Source: Camelus ferus
Taxonomy: Eukaryota
Direction: 5' to 3'
Assembly (NCBI RefSeq): GCF_009834535.1
Contig: NC_045698.1
Span: forward strand, 15,440,001-15,504,000
Length of the DNA: 64,000 nucleotides
Shown here: positions 1 to 11,691 of the stretch, piece by piece
Position numbering within the stretch: the first letter of the stretch is position 1
How the letters are laid out: every line of letters starts with the position of its first letter
The notes under the pieces: generated by a model
Databases searched by the model: none
Seen by the model: the letters and a program-made list of their open reading frames with translations, nothing else
Told to the model about the DNA's origin: nothing
Program-made: the position numbers and the translations under genes

Positions 1-1424
1 CTGCCCTCCTTTCCCTCCTAATCTTCTACTTTTCAGTTTAGATGCTGTGTTTTCATGGAGGAATCCCCTTTATCTTTCTGTGTGCTCTCATAATACCCTG
101 CTTATTTTCCTATTTCCCATGTTAACATTTATAACATGATATTCTTATTGGCAGTTAATCATGTTTGATGCCTAGTAGATTATAAGTCAATATGAGGAAG
201 ATTTTTTTTCATTGTAAACTTCTGCTCTGAACACAAAGAGCAGTGTTTAATATATAGCAAGAAATGAATAAATGAAGTAGTAAAATTTTGCTGTTACATT
301 TATATTTATGATAAACATAAATTTCTTGAAAAATTAATAAAAGTTATGATATAATAATGGTCCCTTAAGATTTAATATGTCATATATTTCAAATAGCCAT
401 AAAGCTCACCATTTATTCATTAATTATGTACACATCCATATGTTCCAGAGAGTATGATAAATCACAGGCATCAGAGATGTATAAGATAAAGTTCCTGATA
501 ATAAGAATTTCACAGCTGAGAGGCTCACTATACAAATAAATGAAATACAATATAGTTCATGAAGTCAATGATATTTTCAATGTAAAAATTTTTTTTTTAT
601 TTTTGAATTCTATTTTTGGTATGTGATGTTAAAAGGAATTTTCTGTACATATCTAAACATAATTTTTTAATCCAAATTTCAACCTTCAGGTGGAAAGTTT
701 GTCATTTGGTTTTAATTTCCTGAGAAAAATCAGATACTAATTAAGAAAAAAACAACAAGGCTTTCATTATTATTTTGGATGTGATTTTGATAGAGCAGTT
801 TTACCGATTTAAATGACTCCTAAGTAGTTTGATTATGGTAGTGTACCCATAAGCAGCTGAAAGTTTAAAATAAAATATAAACAATCACAACAAATTTGTA
901 TTCCATTATATTTACACATCATATAATAGTAAGAAAAATAGTACCATTTCTAAATTAAGTGGATGATTATGGTGATGTTAATGATTATTATTTTAATGTA
1001 TATTATACACTGAAGGTTTCATGAAATAGTTGAATATTTATACTTTCTTCACAGTATGTATTACATTTACAAGTACTATTAAAATGTTGCCAATACTATT
1101 AGAAATAAAACTTAACTTTCTTTGAGAATACAAAATAGTGCCATATAGTCACTTAGAGAAAAGAAAGGAAATTAGTAAATGGTAGATAAACTACCTACAC
1201 TCATACGTGTAAAGGAGGGTATTCATGAAGAGTAAGAGAAAGGCAATTATTTGAGAAATAAAAAGAAAAAAATAATGACTTCAATCCAGAATGGAAACCA
1301 ATGGTTACATTTAGTCCTCAAAAGCCAGCTGCACTCTCTGAGTAAATACATCTCTTCACAGTAACATTACACTCTTTAGCATCCCCAAATCCATGCCAAT
1401 CTTTAAAAGTCTGGAGAATTTGGT

Positions 1425-1585
1425 ACACTGGTTCCAACATCAATATCCATTAATAACCTAGGTATCCTGTTTAAAAAAGAGATTTCTTGGCAATAATCCT
1501 GAAAATTCTGATCCAGTATGTCTTGAATGGGGTCCAGGAATACTGTTCCCAGGTGATTCTGATTCAGGTAACCGTTGAGAAGTTA
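1425..1585. mobile_element. MER5-like hAT-Charlie fossil
   Basis: Motifs attctgatccagtatgtcttgaatggggtccaggaa and cccaggtgattctgat...ttgagaa resemble MER5A/B. Confidence 0.65.
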
Positions 1586-2017
1586 AAGAACAGTAGTAAA
1601 AAAGAAAGGCCAACCTGTATGTCCATTCTCAATAAATGTGCATATGGCTTACAGTGCTCTTTTGAAGAAACACTGGCCAAATTAGAAAGAAATGTCTACT
1701 GCTCACCACTGCAGAAAGTCTGGAGTCAGGCCTGTCACTTGATCCTGGTGAGGTTAACCGTGGTCACCCAGGTGGATACGGTGTAACCCAGTCAGTGCTG
1801 GCTTATAGGAATGCAGGTCCCTGTGCAACTACCTTCCAGACCCACCAGCTGGGGAAAGCTGGGGAAGTGACATATGCTTCTTTGGACATATATTAAACTG
1901 GGAACACATAGAAACAGCAGGAATGAGGATTGGTTCAAAAATGCACCTGAAAAACTTTGCAGTTTCTCAGTGAGGCATTTAAGGCTCTCTTTGATAAGTC
2001 CTCAGGTTTCCTTTCTT

Positions 2018-2276
2018 TAATGTTTTTTTAAAATTGAGATATAATTGACAGCTAATGTTATATTAATTTAAGTGTATAACACAATGATTTAATACTTGTA
2101 TCTATCTTGAAGTGGCTATAGAAGTGGGGGTGAGGAGGGTGGAAAAGGATGAATGTGATCAAAATGTGCAGACTTCTAGTTATAAACTGGATCATGTTTA
2201 GGGATGTAGTGTACCGCATGGTGACAACAGCTAACAATCTTGAACCTTATATTAGAAAGTTCCTCATAGAGTAGAT
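2018..2276 (-). mobile_element. 5'-truncated L1 3' end with 5' inversion
   Basis: 2023-2120 is a reverse-complement L1 3' terminus with a T-tail; 2120-2276 is an L1 3'UTR segment in the opposite orientation. Flanked by TSD-like ctcaggtttcctttct / ctcaggcttcccttct. Confidence 0.75.
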
Positions 2277-2669
2277 CTCAGGCTTCCCTTCTGAACGCAT
2301 TTTCTCTAATCCGCTTACAAAGTCTGGACACCAGCTGAGCTACCCCACTTGTAAAATCTCATCTGGCCGTGAACTCTGATACCTCTCTGCCTTTGCTTAA
2401 GATGTTTCTTTAACCTAGAATGCCCTTCTTTCCTCTCTCTCAATATCTTTTTCATCTTTTAAAGATTTAGCTCAAATGAGAATTTTTATATGACATATTA
2501 TGTTTATGCTTTGGCAAATAATTATTTTAATTATTTTCTCTCCTACAGCACTTTGTGTTTTGGTTGTATACTTAATGAATTCAACACAAAATTTCCAGGC
2601 CTTGTGGTCAAGTCACATGGTCTCTTGATGTTCTGCACTTTGAGAGAGACTTGTCTAGCTGCCAAGAAC

Positions 2670-2800
2670 CACATATGGTAGGCAACTTGTTGAAACAGCT
2701 TCCTGACATCCACATGAGTTACCTTCATGTAATGTTCTGCCCTTAAGTGAGGGCTGGATCTAATGACTTGCTTTTACTCAATAGAATGGGGCAAAAATGA
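2670..2800 (+). mobile_element. MLT1 (MaLR) LTR 5' fragment
   Basis: gcccttaagtgagggctggatctaatgacttgctttt...aatagaatggggcaaaaatga resembles the MLT1F/G 5' region. Confidence 0.55.
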
Positions 2801-2832
2801 CACCACCAAGGTCAGAATTGACATCACATCAC

Positions 2833-3179
2833 TTTTGCAGGGGAGCAGGACACTAACTGAACAAGACAAATCCCATGGAGCCATCTGACTGATTCGGCTC
2901 CTCCTTCCTCGTGCCCTTCTTCTCAGCCGAGGCCCGGGCTGAACCAGCAGCAGGAGCTGCAGACTTGCCCTCTTGAGGCGGGCACGCCGGCCAGCTTGTG
3001 GATACCCTGGGCAGTGACACCTTCAGTGTTTTTTCCTGTCAGCTCACTGATGACCTTGTTAGCAGGTCATTGTCTGCCTCATCAACGCCCATGCTGTCCA
3101 GGATCTTCTTTACATCCTTGGTGCTGGGATGGGTATTGCCACCAATGGCAGCCATGAGGTGAGAGGCAGCATCGTGTAG
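2833..3179 (-). pseudogene. RPLP2: Processed pseudogene of 60S acidic ribosomal protein P2
   Basis: Minus strand reads LHDAASHLMAAIGGNTHPSTKDVKKILDSMGVDEADNDL/NKVISELTGKNTEGVTAQGIHKLAGVPA../SAAPAAGSARASAEKKGTRKEEPNQSDGSMGFVLFS*, colinear with RPLP2. No introns, ATG lost, two frameshifts. Followed by the RPLP2-like 3'UTR TCCTGCTCCCCTGCAAA. Not in the ORF track. Confidence 0.92.
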
Positions 3180-3639
3180 GTAGACAACATTTTTCTACAT
3201 ACAGGGATATTACCCAAAAGGATCCTTCACATTGACATCTTGTAACTTGAGACTGATGCAGTAATTAACACTTATTGGACACAGATAGAAATCTACCTAT
3301 CTACAACACTGCCACACACATGATATTGCACATGTATTTCCCAATTTTCATCTTTTGAGTCTTTGTATTTTATTTCTAAAATGCAAATTCACTATTGAAT
3401 TCTAATAGGTAAGCAGTCTAATGAGTTTAAAGATAGGTAGATAGGTTAAATAGACAGATGCCAAGATTAAAAGTAATTTCAGTTCAATTACACATACACT
3501 GCAAATATATATATATTTTTACTATATTTACTTTAACTATCCATGCATGTGAAATTCACCTTGATTAATTTTACTGTTAACTTATTTAAAGTTAAGTAAA
3601 ATGAAGCATAGGAAAGTGAATCCGTGTCCCTGTGAAATT

Positions 3640-3815
3640 GTGTTTTGGAGTGAGTGATGGGCTCCAATACTAGCTTGGTCATTATTGCCTGTGTGACAAA
3701 CGAAATATCTCTCAGCCTCCATTTCCTCCCTCCTACAGTGTGGACAGTAATAACCTGAGTGAATGTATATAAAACTATTAGAATAGTTTGGTTTACTAGT
3801 TTACAATTACTATTA
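3640..3815 (+). mobile_element. MIR SINE
   Basis: Core tgtgtgac...tctctcagcctccatttcctc...ctacagtgtggacagtaataacct. Confidence 0.65.
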
Positions 3816-5199
3816 TTCTAGAAAAACTAGATACTTTCTTTTCATTTGGTCTGAGAATATAATTTCATGGCTAACTATTTGCCACATAGGCATAAGAAAC
3901 CCTTCAGAAAATTTTTCTAAGTTTGACAAAGCTAAGCTTTTAAGGAACGATGACACCACTTGCTCTGTAAGTGTGCAAACTCCCCTTCCATTTTCCAAAT
4001 GGCTGAATCCCAGGCTCTGACTGGAGGGACCAGACCTGCTACTCCAGGTGCCCTCACACCGTGATGATGGTTTTGGCGGCTTTGGTAGCCACTGGAGAGA
4101 AAGAGACCTTTAAAGCTACAAAACAGGTGACAGAAGAACTATCTGCAGGCTTTCATCCTGAGTTAAGGTACTGGACCTACCACTCCTTTTCAAAAAAAAA
4201 AAAAAAAAAAAAAGAGGCACAAGGTTTGCGTGTGCATTAATAGGAAAGTTAGGTTACATTAATAGTTTTCTAATGAATAACATTTTATTAGAACAATATG
4301 TTTGATAAATAGAAGCTATTTGAAGAGACAACCTCTGGTCAGTTGTCACTTGCTACATCCAAGCTATTAGCGGGAATATAATGTGGTTCCTGGAGGTCTT
4401 ATATACCATACTTAGACAATTTATGTTCATTATACTTGTCGAAGATCTTCCAAAGCTAAAGTTCATTTTCTAACATAATATACTTACACTGTTCCCAATA
4501 TTATGGATGAATGAAATAATTGAAAACATAAAAAGAATGATGAGTAACATACATAACTGTAATAGGATGTGATATGGGAGGAAAGGAAGGATGCCTAGCA
4601 TGAGAGGAGACTTCAGGAAAACAACTGAAAGAGAATGGGGTCCTCCAAAAGGGGAAGGCTGGCATTCAGTTCAGTTCTCCTGATAGCAGTCGGCTCAGGC
4701 AGTGGACTGGATGACCTGCTCTCAGAGCCTAACTGAGCAAGGAGAACAGAGCTGAAAGAAGATGGCAGGAGAGAGAAAGCAGACAATAGAGGAGTAGCCT
4801 GTAATGGACCTGTTTAGCCTGACAAGGATGTGTCATGGCCACAAGGCCAAGTGGACATAACAGAAGGAAGTTGAGAAATCATGCTATTAACTCACCCAAG
4901 AAAGCCACCTGCTGAACAACGGGACCTGGAATTAAGAAGCCGTAAGATCTACCACAGGTGGGATGCCCAGAGCCCCCACCGCCAAATAACTCAAAAGTTA
5001 CTTGAAGAGGGACAGTATGTGGCAGTCCACTGGGCCAGTCCATTTTAATCCTAGAAGCAGCAGCAGCGGAGGGAACACTCGGTGGAGACAGAGAAGAGAG
5101 ATTCATACTTTTCATTCCTCTCCCTCCTTTCCAGTCTAACAAATTGGACAATCAAGAGTCACCCTCACAACCAAGGAGTCAAAGTTTCAACTGATGGTG

Positions 5200-5560
5200 T
5201 TATTGAGTTCTGCAGTTATCTACTGCCAGGTAACAACAAACGACCCCAACATATAGTTGCTTGAAATAATTACAATTTTAGTATTTCTCATAATTTTGTG
5301 GAGGTTACAATGTGGTACTCAGCTAGCAAGCAATCTGGCTAGAGGCTCCAAGACAGTTTTACTTATATATCCAGCACTCTGGAGGGTGTGGTTAAAAGGC
5401 TGAGCTGGCTGGGATTGTCAACCTGACCACCAGCCTCTAGCACGACAGCTTCAGAGTAGTCAGTCTTCTTACACAAAAGAGAAGAATTCCAACAAACAAG
5501 ACAGAAGCTGCATGTTCTTTTAAGCTAGATTTGCCTCTAATAATCAGTAACGTAGAAGTA
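5200..5560 (-). mobile_element. MLT1 (MaLR) LTR remnant
   Basis: tactgccaggtaacaacaaacgaccccaacatatagttgcttgaaataa is the reverse complement of the MLT1 3' end. Later ggctgagctggctgggattgtcaacc...gtagtcagtcttcttaca is also MLT1-like. Confidence 0.65.
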
Positions 5561-6567
5561 ATGCAATCAGCTAAAAACACCATTAAAGCCTGGGGATAAG
5601 TCTCTGATGACTCATGTTTGGAAGCAGTTGTTGAAGATGAACACAACTCTCTCATATTTACACCCCGCTGAGTTGAAACTGATCAAAAACGCCTCAGCAG
5701 AAATGTTCACCGTTAGCTCCTCCCCGCATGAGAAGATGACATTAGCTGCCAAAGTCTTTGTACCAGACACACAAAAGGAAATAAGAAGAAAACAAAATGA
5801 GAAATACTCAGAAGGGATTTCTCCAAATCTTTCAAGAGACTCTAAATAGGATCGGTACAAAGGACTTCTCTTACAAACAACTCTGCGGACAGCCAAATGT
5901 CACCGCTCCCACCCTCATCTGTTACCTCAGGAAGCTGTGATAATATCCTCAACTCTTCAGCCAAACAAGTAAGACCTATAATTACTCTCAATCGTTAGGC
6001 TTCTCTCCTGGACCAAGCAGGAACCAACACAAGGAGTCATTCCTAATAATCCTATGGAGTCTGAGTGCCTTTTTGAAGAACTGCACTTAAAACTCCTGTC
6101 TATTCCACAATGATGATCATAAAAACACACATTCTAATGAAAGGAGAGAGACAGATGAGAAGTGACTTTAAAAATGCTCTGTTCTTTTTCAGAATAGAGG
6201 ATTTCATGTGATGATAACTTCCTCCTGCCCGGCCTGCGAAGCTCCCAGCAACACAGACAGGGATGCAGCGTGGAAGACAAGGCGGAGCTCCGGTGGGGGT
6301 CTGAGGCTGCCGCATGGAAAGGGAATGAGGTCACACAATGAAACTCACTACTAGATATTCATGCAGTCCTGCAAATAGGGCTCATTGGCAGCTGTCACAA
6401 TTTTTCTGGACTTATGCTACGAGGAAAAGGCACAGGTTTCTGAGTCTCCCCAGGAGACCACTCAGCTGTCAGTCCGAAAATGAAAAACACCTCAGCAGGG
6501 ACTCGTTTAAGAGCGTGAAATCCAAAGAACGGCAGCATAACATTGATTCCGGCCATGCCATACTTAC

Positions 6568-6704
6568 TAACTTTACTCGCAATTATGGAGAAATTATACT
6601 GTGCAGTGCTTTCTCTGTCGAGTAACTCATTAGTGGCGATGGTGCCTTCAGTTCCGTCTATTGTAAAGTAGCTGTCCCCATCACTCTTCCAGTCTATGAA
6701 GTAC
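6568..6704 (-). CDS. CDH12: Cadherin-12 internal coding exon (137 bp, phase 2/1), EC4
   Basis: (R)[45 protein letters not shown](S), with LDRE motif. Acceptor ctttttatatacag|GT, donor TTA|gtaagt. Confidence 0.96.
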
Positions 6705-7499
6705 CTGTATATAAAAAGAGCAGATGCAAATGTGCAATGATTACACATTCATCATAATGGCAGGCAGGCTAACTTGCCACAGTTCTGTATTTTTTTCTCC
6801 CTGTAGCTATTACCCACCTTGCAATAAAGAAGAGTGTAAATGACAGCTTCTTTATTGCAAAGTCAGTATGCTCAAGGGGAAACTGGAAATAATGAAAGAT
6901 TTAGCACCCGTGCTGTTCATATCCTTTTAGGGTCTTGACACCTTGAAAGCTCAGCAGAGACTCAAATTCTAAAGCTGACCATGGGTTTCCTTAACCTGCT
7001 GAATATTAAAACTTTTTCAGGCAGTAAAAATCCCTTAATGGGGGCTGTGGGAAGAGGTGGGGGTGGGGGAGACATCTGGAAATAGCTACGAAGAAGTTAA
7101 GCCAGAACAGAGGTAGCATCTTTGTTTCCGTGGGCAGAAAATATCATACTATGGAAACTAAGGGGGAAATTTTGAAATGAAAATCCAATAATTGTAGATT
7201 TCTCTCAGACACTTATAAAAAGGCCATGGTTGCTTAGTTGTTTATTACTCTAAATATCAAGGCAACTCTCTTTCAAAAAAAAAAAAAAAAGCAAAGCAAT
7301 GACCTTGCCTAATAATACCCTTTATCTTCTTTATTAGTTAACTTTCTTGATAATAACTGCTGTTGCCTACTTTATGTGAATCAGCTGAACTAAGAAATCC
7401 AAGCAAATGAATAAAAAACATACTGCATTGCTATAAATTTTATGTAAGAATGTGCGTAGAGAGTGACATGTAAAATTATTTATTAAACATGTATTTTAA

Positions 7500-7715
7500 A
7501 TCATTGTATTAGTAGATATTTTCAAATCTTACCATGTGTCAGACAGATATCATTCTAAATATTTACATATATTAATTTCATAAATTCCCACAACCCTAAA
7601 AATAAGTGTTTTTAATCTCCCCATTTTGCATTTGGGGAAACTGCCAAAGTTCACAAAGTTAGAAAGTTTTAGAGCTGATATTTGAACCAGGTCATCAATG
7701 TTTTCCATATAATTA
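7500..7715 (-). mobile_element. MIR SINE
   Basis: ccccattttgcatttggggaaactg...aagttcacaaagttagaaagt...agagctgatatttgaaccagg. Confidence 0.65.
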
Positions 7716-8439
7716 TCATTAGAGAGTCTTACCAATTTTAAACAGATCATTCTATGTGAAAGGGCTCGGTAATCAAAGACTCAATGCACAATATATCTAT
7801 GACCATATTTTTGGCCAGGGAATCAAGAGGAGCTCATGACAACAGTGGCTGAAAGCAGATGACAGCATCGTAGTCAGCCCACCGAAATCCTCAGGTCATC
7901 ATGAAAAGTCAGTTTAAGGCGTGTATTCCAAAACAGAAATTTATTATTTTAACAAACTGCTCATTTAAAACTGAGGCAGTTTGACTATCATTTCAGCACA
8001 AGATCAAAACTAGTTTGCCATTATAGATGAGACTTATAACTTAACTTGCCAGTATCTATTGGTAACTAACAGGATCAGAGTATGAAACAAGCTTTAAATC
8101 TGCCTTTGATAATCCTATTGCTGATTTGTGAGAATGAGTTCAACATAGCATCCTGTCTCAGAGAAATGCTCTCAAAAATTATCAATGAAGGTAAGGCACA
8201 TTTGAAAGCCAGGGAGCACAGGGTATAATGAACTGCATCTCTATTGCATGATGTCCTTTTCCGAACAAAAAAGCATCTTCTCACAATACCACTTTTTATC
8301 ACCTTGATTGTTCAATTTGGGCACATGCCTAATTTAAGAGGAAATGCCTAATTTAAGAGGATGTGCCCAAATTTCCTTAGTGACTACAGCATTTCTGGAA
8401 GAATTGTTGGTGTAGACTAACAACTGTTGGTGTTTAACT

Positions 8440-8964
8440 GTATAATTTACTAAATATTATTTACTGAGTGTCCACTATGCACTAGACACTGCACTAGGGT
8501 TGAAACACATACAAATCAGTAAAGCACAATGCCCACCAATAAGGAGCCTAATTGGGAGAACACATATAGATGATTTGGGTGTCTGATAGAAGGTCAGAAA
8601 AGATGCTACAGAAGTACAAAGAAAAGGCACCTGGTTCAAAACCTGCTGGTTCAGGTAAACCTTCCCACCCATGATGTTCTGCTGATGCTAGAAGGCTATG
8701 CAGGAACTATTCATGAGAAGAGAGGCAGACAGAGTGAGGAGAGGGGGAAAGGTATTTCAGGAAGCTGCCACGGCAGTAGCAAAACCATGGAGTGTGTGTG
8801 GGGAATTACAAGGTGCTGAGAATTATGGGAAAGTATCTGACAGGCACAATGGAAAAAGGCTAAGTGATTTAGGTCCAGGAGGGCCTCATAAATTATATTA
8901 AGGTCCTTGGACATGATCCTGTGTGGAATGAATGCTTCAAAGGGTATAATTAAGGTATGAGTTC
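8440..8964 (+). mobile_element. L2 fragment, interrupted by an L1 and resuming after about 9650
   Basis: tatttactgagtgtccactatgcactagacactgcactagg, followed by degenerate L2-type purine-rich sequence. Strand assignment is uncertain. Confidence 0.6.
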
Positions 8965-8980
8965 AAATGTAATCACTTTT

Positions 8981-9634
8981 TTCCTTAAAAAAAAAAAAAT
9001 AGAGTTACCATATGATCCAGAGATCACACTCTCAGGCATATACATGGAGAAAACTCTAATTTGAAAAGATACATGCACCCCAATGTTCATAGCAGCACTA
9101 TCACAATAGCCAAGACATGGAATTAACCTAAATGTCCACTGACAGAAGACTGGATAAAGAAGATGTGGTATATATATATACAATGAAATACTACTTAGCC
9201 ATAAAAAAGAACGCAATATGACATTTGCAGCAACATAGATGGACCCGGAGATTGTCATACTAAGTAAGCCAGACAGAGAAAGACAAATATTACATGATAT
9301 CACTTGTATGTGGAATCTAAAAAAATGACACAAATGAACTTATTTACAAAATAGGAACAGACTCACATAGAAAACAAATTTATAATTACCAAAGGGGAAA
9401 AGGGGGGAGGGATAAATTAGGTAGGAGTTTGGGATTTGCAGATACTAAATAGTATATATAAAATAGAAAAACAGCAAAGTCCTACTGTATAAAACAGGGA
9501 ACTATATTCAATATCTTATAATAATCCATAATGGAAAAGAATATGAAAAAATATGTATATATATAACTGAATCACTATGCTGTACGCTAGCAAATGACAC
9601 AACATTGTAAATCAACTGTATTTCAATTTTTAAA
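8981..9634 (+). mobile_element. Artiodactyl-type L1 3' end (ORF2 C-terminus plus 3'UTR), 5'-truncated
   Basis: agagttaccatatgatccag...atgcaccccaatgttcatagcagcacta...acagggaactatattcaatatc...aacattgtaaatcaact. TSD aaatgtaatcactttt (8965-8980) / aaagttaatcactttt (9635-9650). Confidence 0.92.
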
Positions 9635-10845
9635 AAAGTTAATCACTTTTACAGTATACAGTGGATGTATTTGAAGGGGACAAGACTGTAAACATTTCCT
9701 GTAGACCAGAATCTTGCCAAGAGACAAAGAGAGTAACCAGGGTTGGAAGAGATTTGATTCAAGGGTTTGATTGATTGAAGTAACCAGGGCTATGCAGGCT
9801 GAAGGAAAGAAGACACGGAGGGACACGGAGCAGGCTTTAATCTGATAAGAACACTCATGTGGAGTAAGTGTTAGATTTACTTGTTAAGTTTCAGTCAACT
9901 GGAGATAGGACAGGAGAATGGAATCTGTAGATATTATGATTTAGGATAAACATAACAGAGACTTTGATGTCAGAGTTGCATGAGATCATAATGGATTTCC
10001 TCAGAAAATGGTAAGCATCAGGAATAATCAAACATTGACTGTCAAAATATTTGGTGCAGATACGGTAGAACACATTTAAGCGTGATTGGAGAGTCTGAAG
10101 TTCCTTTGCAATATTAGGATTCTATTACAATTTTCTATATAGAATGAAATTTGTTTCTCTTACTTTGCATGGAATGTAATACTTTCTAATTACTGTTTCC
10201 TATTAGCACTCTGTTCTGACCTTAACAAACTTGCTCTATTCCCAGCACTGTAATATAGAGTCTCACTTTTCAAACATATGTTTAATTTTTTTCCCAAGCT
10301 TCATTTCAGTAATAGCTTTATTCACATACTACATACAATTCCCCAATTTAAACTGAACAATTTCATTTTCATATATTCAAGAGTTGCGGAAAAGGTGATA
10401 TGTTTTTAAGACATTTTAAACTTATTAGTTCAGATTTCTTTCATTTAATTCCTTAACTGGGGTAAGCTCCAATTATCTGGAAATCTCACTTATAGAGGAT
10501 AAAACTGTGATGGCGTGAGGTTCCTGTATTTCTCCTCTGCTGCTTTCTCTTGCACTAAGTGAATATTTTCTAGTGGGGTGTTCATGCTTTTAATAATTCT
10601 ACACTATATTTTGAGTTATTTTCTTATTTGCACTAGATTTTACCAAATACATCTTAGATTCAAATTCATACTAACTTAATTCTAATAAAATGTAGAAATG
10701 TTACTCCTATGTAGCTCGGTGTTATTATATTTATATATATACATATATAGATATAGATATACACACGTACTCACACATACACATACAAATATAATACAAG
10801 TATATATTAACATATACTGTTATCTATATTGCATTGATATAGTAA

Positions 10846-11314
10846 TGTGAACAAAAAATACTGCAAACAATATCAGTAAGCAAAGAATGCTGAAACTATC
10901 AAGTCATCAGTGGCTGTCGCCACCCCCAGTAAAGACAAACCTACAGCCCAGCCTCTGCAGCCACTTACCCTGAGGGGACTTAGAATAAGAAAGGACAGGA
11001 TACTGGCCCTAGATAGCTAGGTGCTTGTCAAAGGAATAAATTCAGTGAGCCCAAATGTTTGCTTCCTCCCATACATAGAAAAGCACTAAATTCTTTAACT
11101 TGAGATGCCTGGTTTTCTATAGATAACAAGGAATCTTTTATTGTTCCAACTACCTGGTCTTTGTTACAACAAAGCTCTTATATATCCTAGCTCCTCCCCT
11201 ACCTCTCCGGAGCAGTCCCTGAGTGATCTGAGAGGCTGTCATCCCGGCTGGGGTCCTACCGCCAAATAAAACAGAAGTCTCAGATTTTAGGCTGTGCAGT
11301 TATTTCAGTTGACA
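10846..11314 (+). mobile_element. ERV1-like solo LTR (469 bp)
   Basis: TGTGAAC...GTTGACA imperfect inverted termini, exact 4-bp TSD GTAA, TATA-like ttatatat near 11180, AATAAA near 11265. Confidence 0.88.
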
Positions 11315-11691
11315 GTAAAAAAAAATCCGATAAACCTATTGTTATAATTAGTACTTTCTATAATTTTATGTCTATTAAAGCTAAAAAAAAAAAAGGGAAG
11401 CAATTATTTGCTTCAAAATTCTCCAGTCCTATAGACTCTTTTACACTGGGAAATTCTCTGAGTCACTGCTCCAAGCATTGGGTGAAGGCAGGATGGTCTT
11501 CTCATTTTGACTCTTGGGGAATGGAACAAACAATATGAGGCAGGGTGTTCATGGCCCCAAATTCTCAGCCTGGCAGGGCCAGAACCTATGCCTTATGAGT
11601 GGGGTTGAATGGAGGAAGTAAGCTCAACCACACCCCCGAGGAATTTAGCTTCTGAAAATGCAGAGTCGGATGAGAAATGCTGGCATCCTGC

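Noticed and set aside
6395..6748. 117-aa ORF extending beyond the EC4 exon
   Set aside because: Cadherin similarity stops at the splice sites; the extensions are intronic.
8950..9333. 127-aa hydrophobic ORF
   Set aside because: It is the antisense reading of an L1 3' end, a common spurious ORF.
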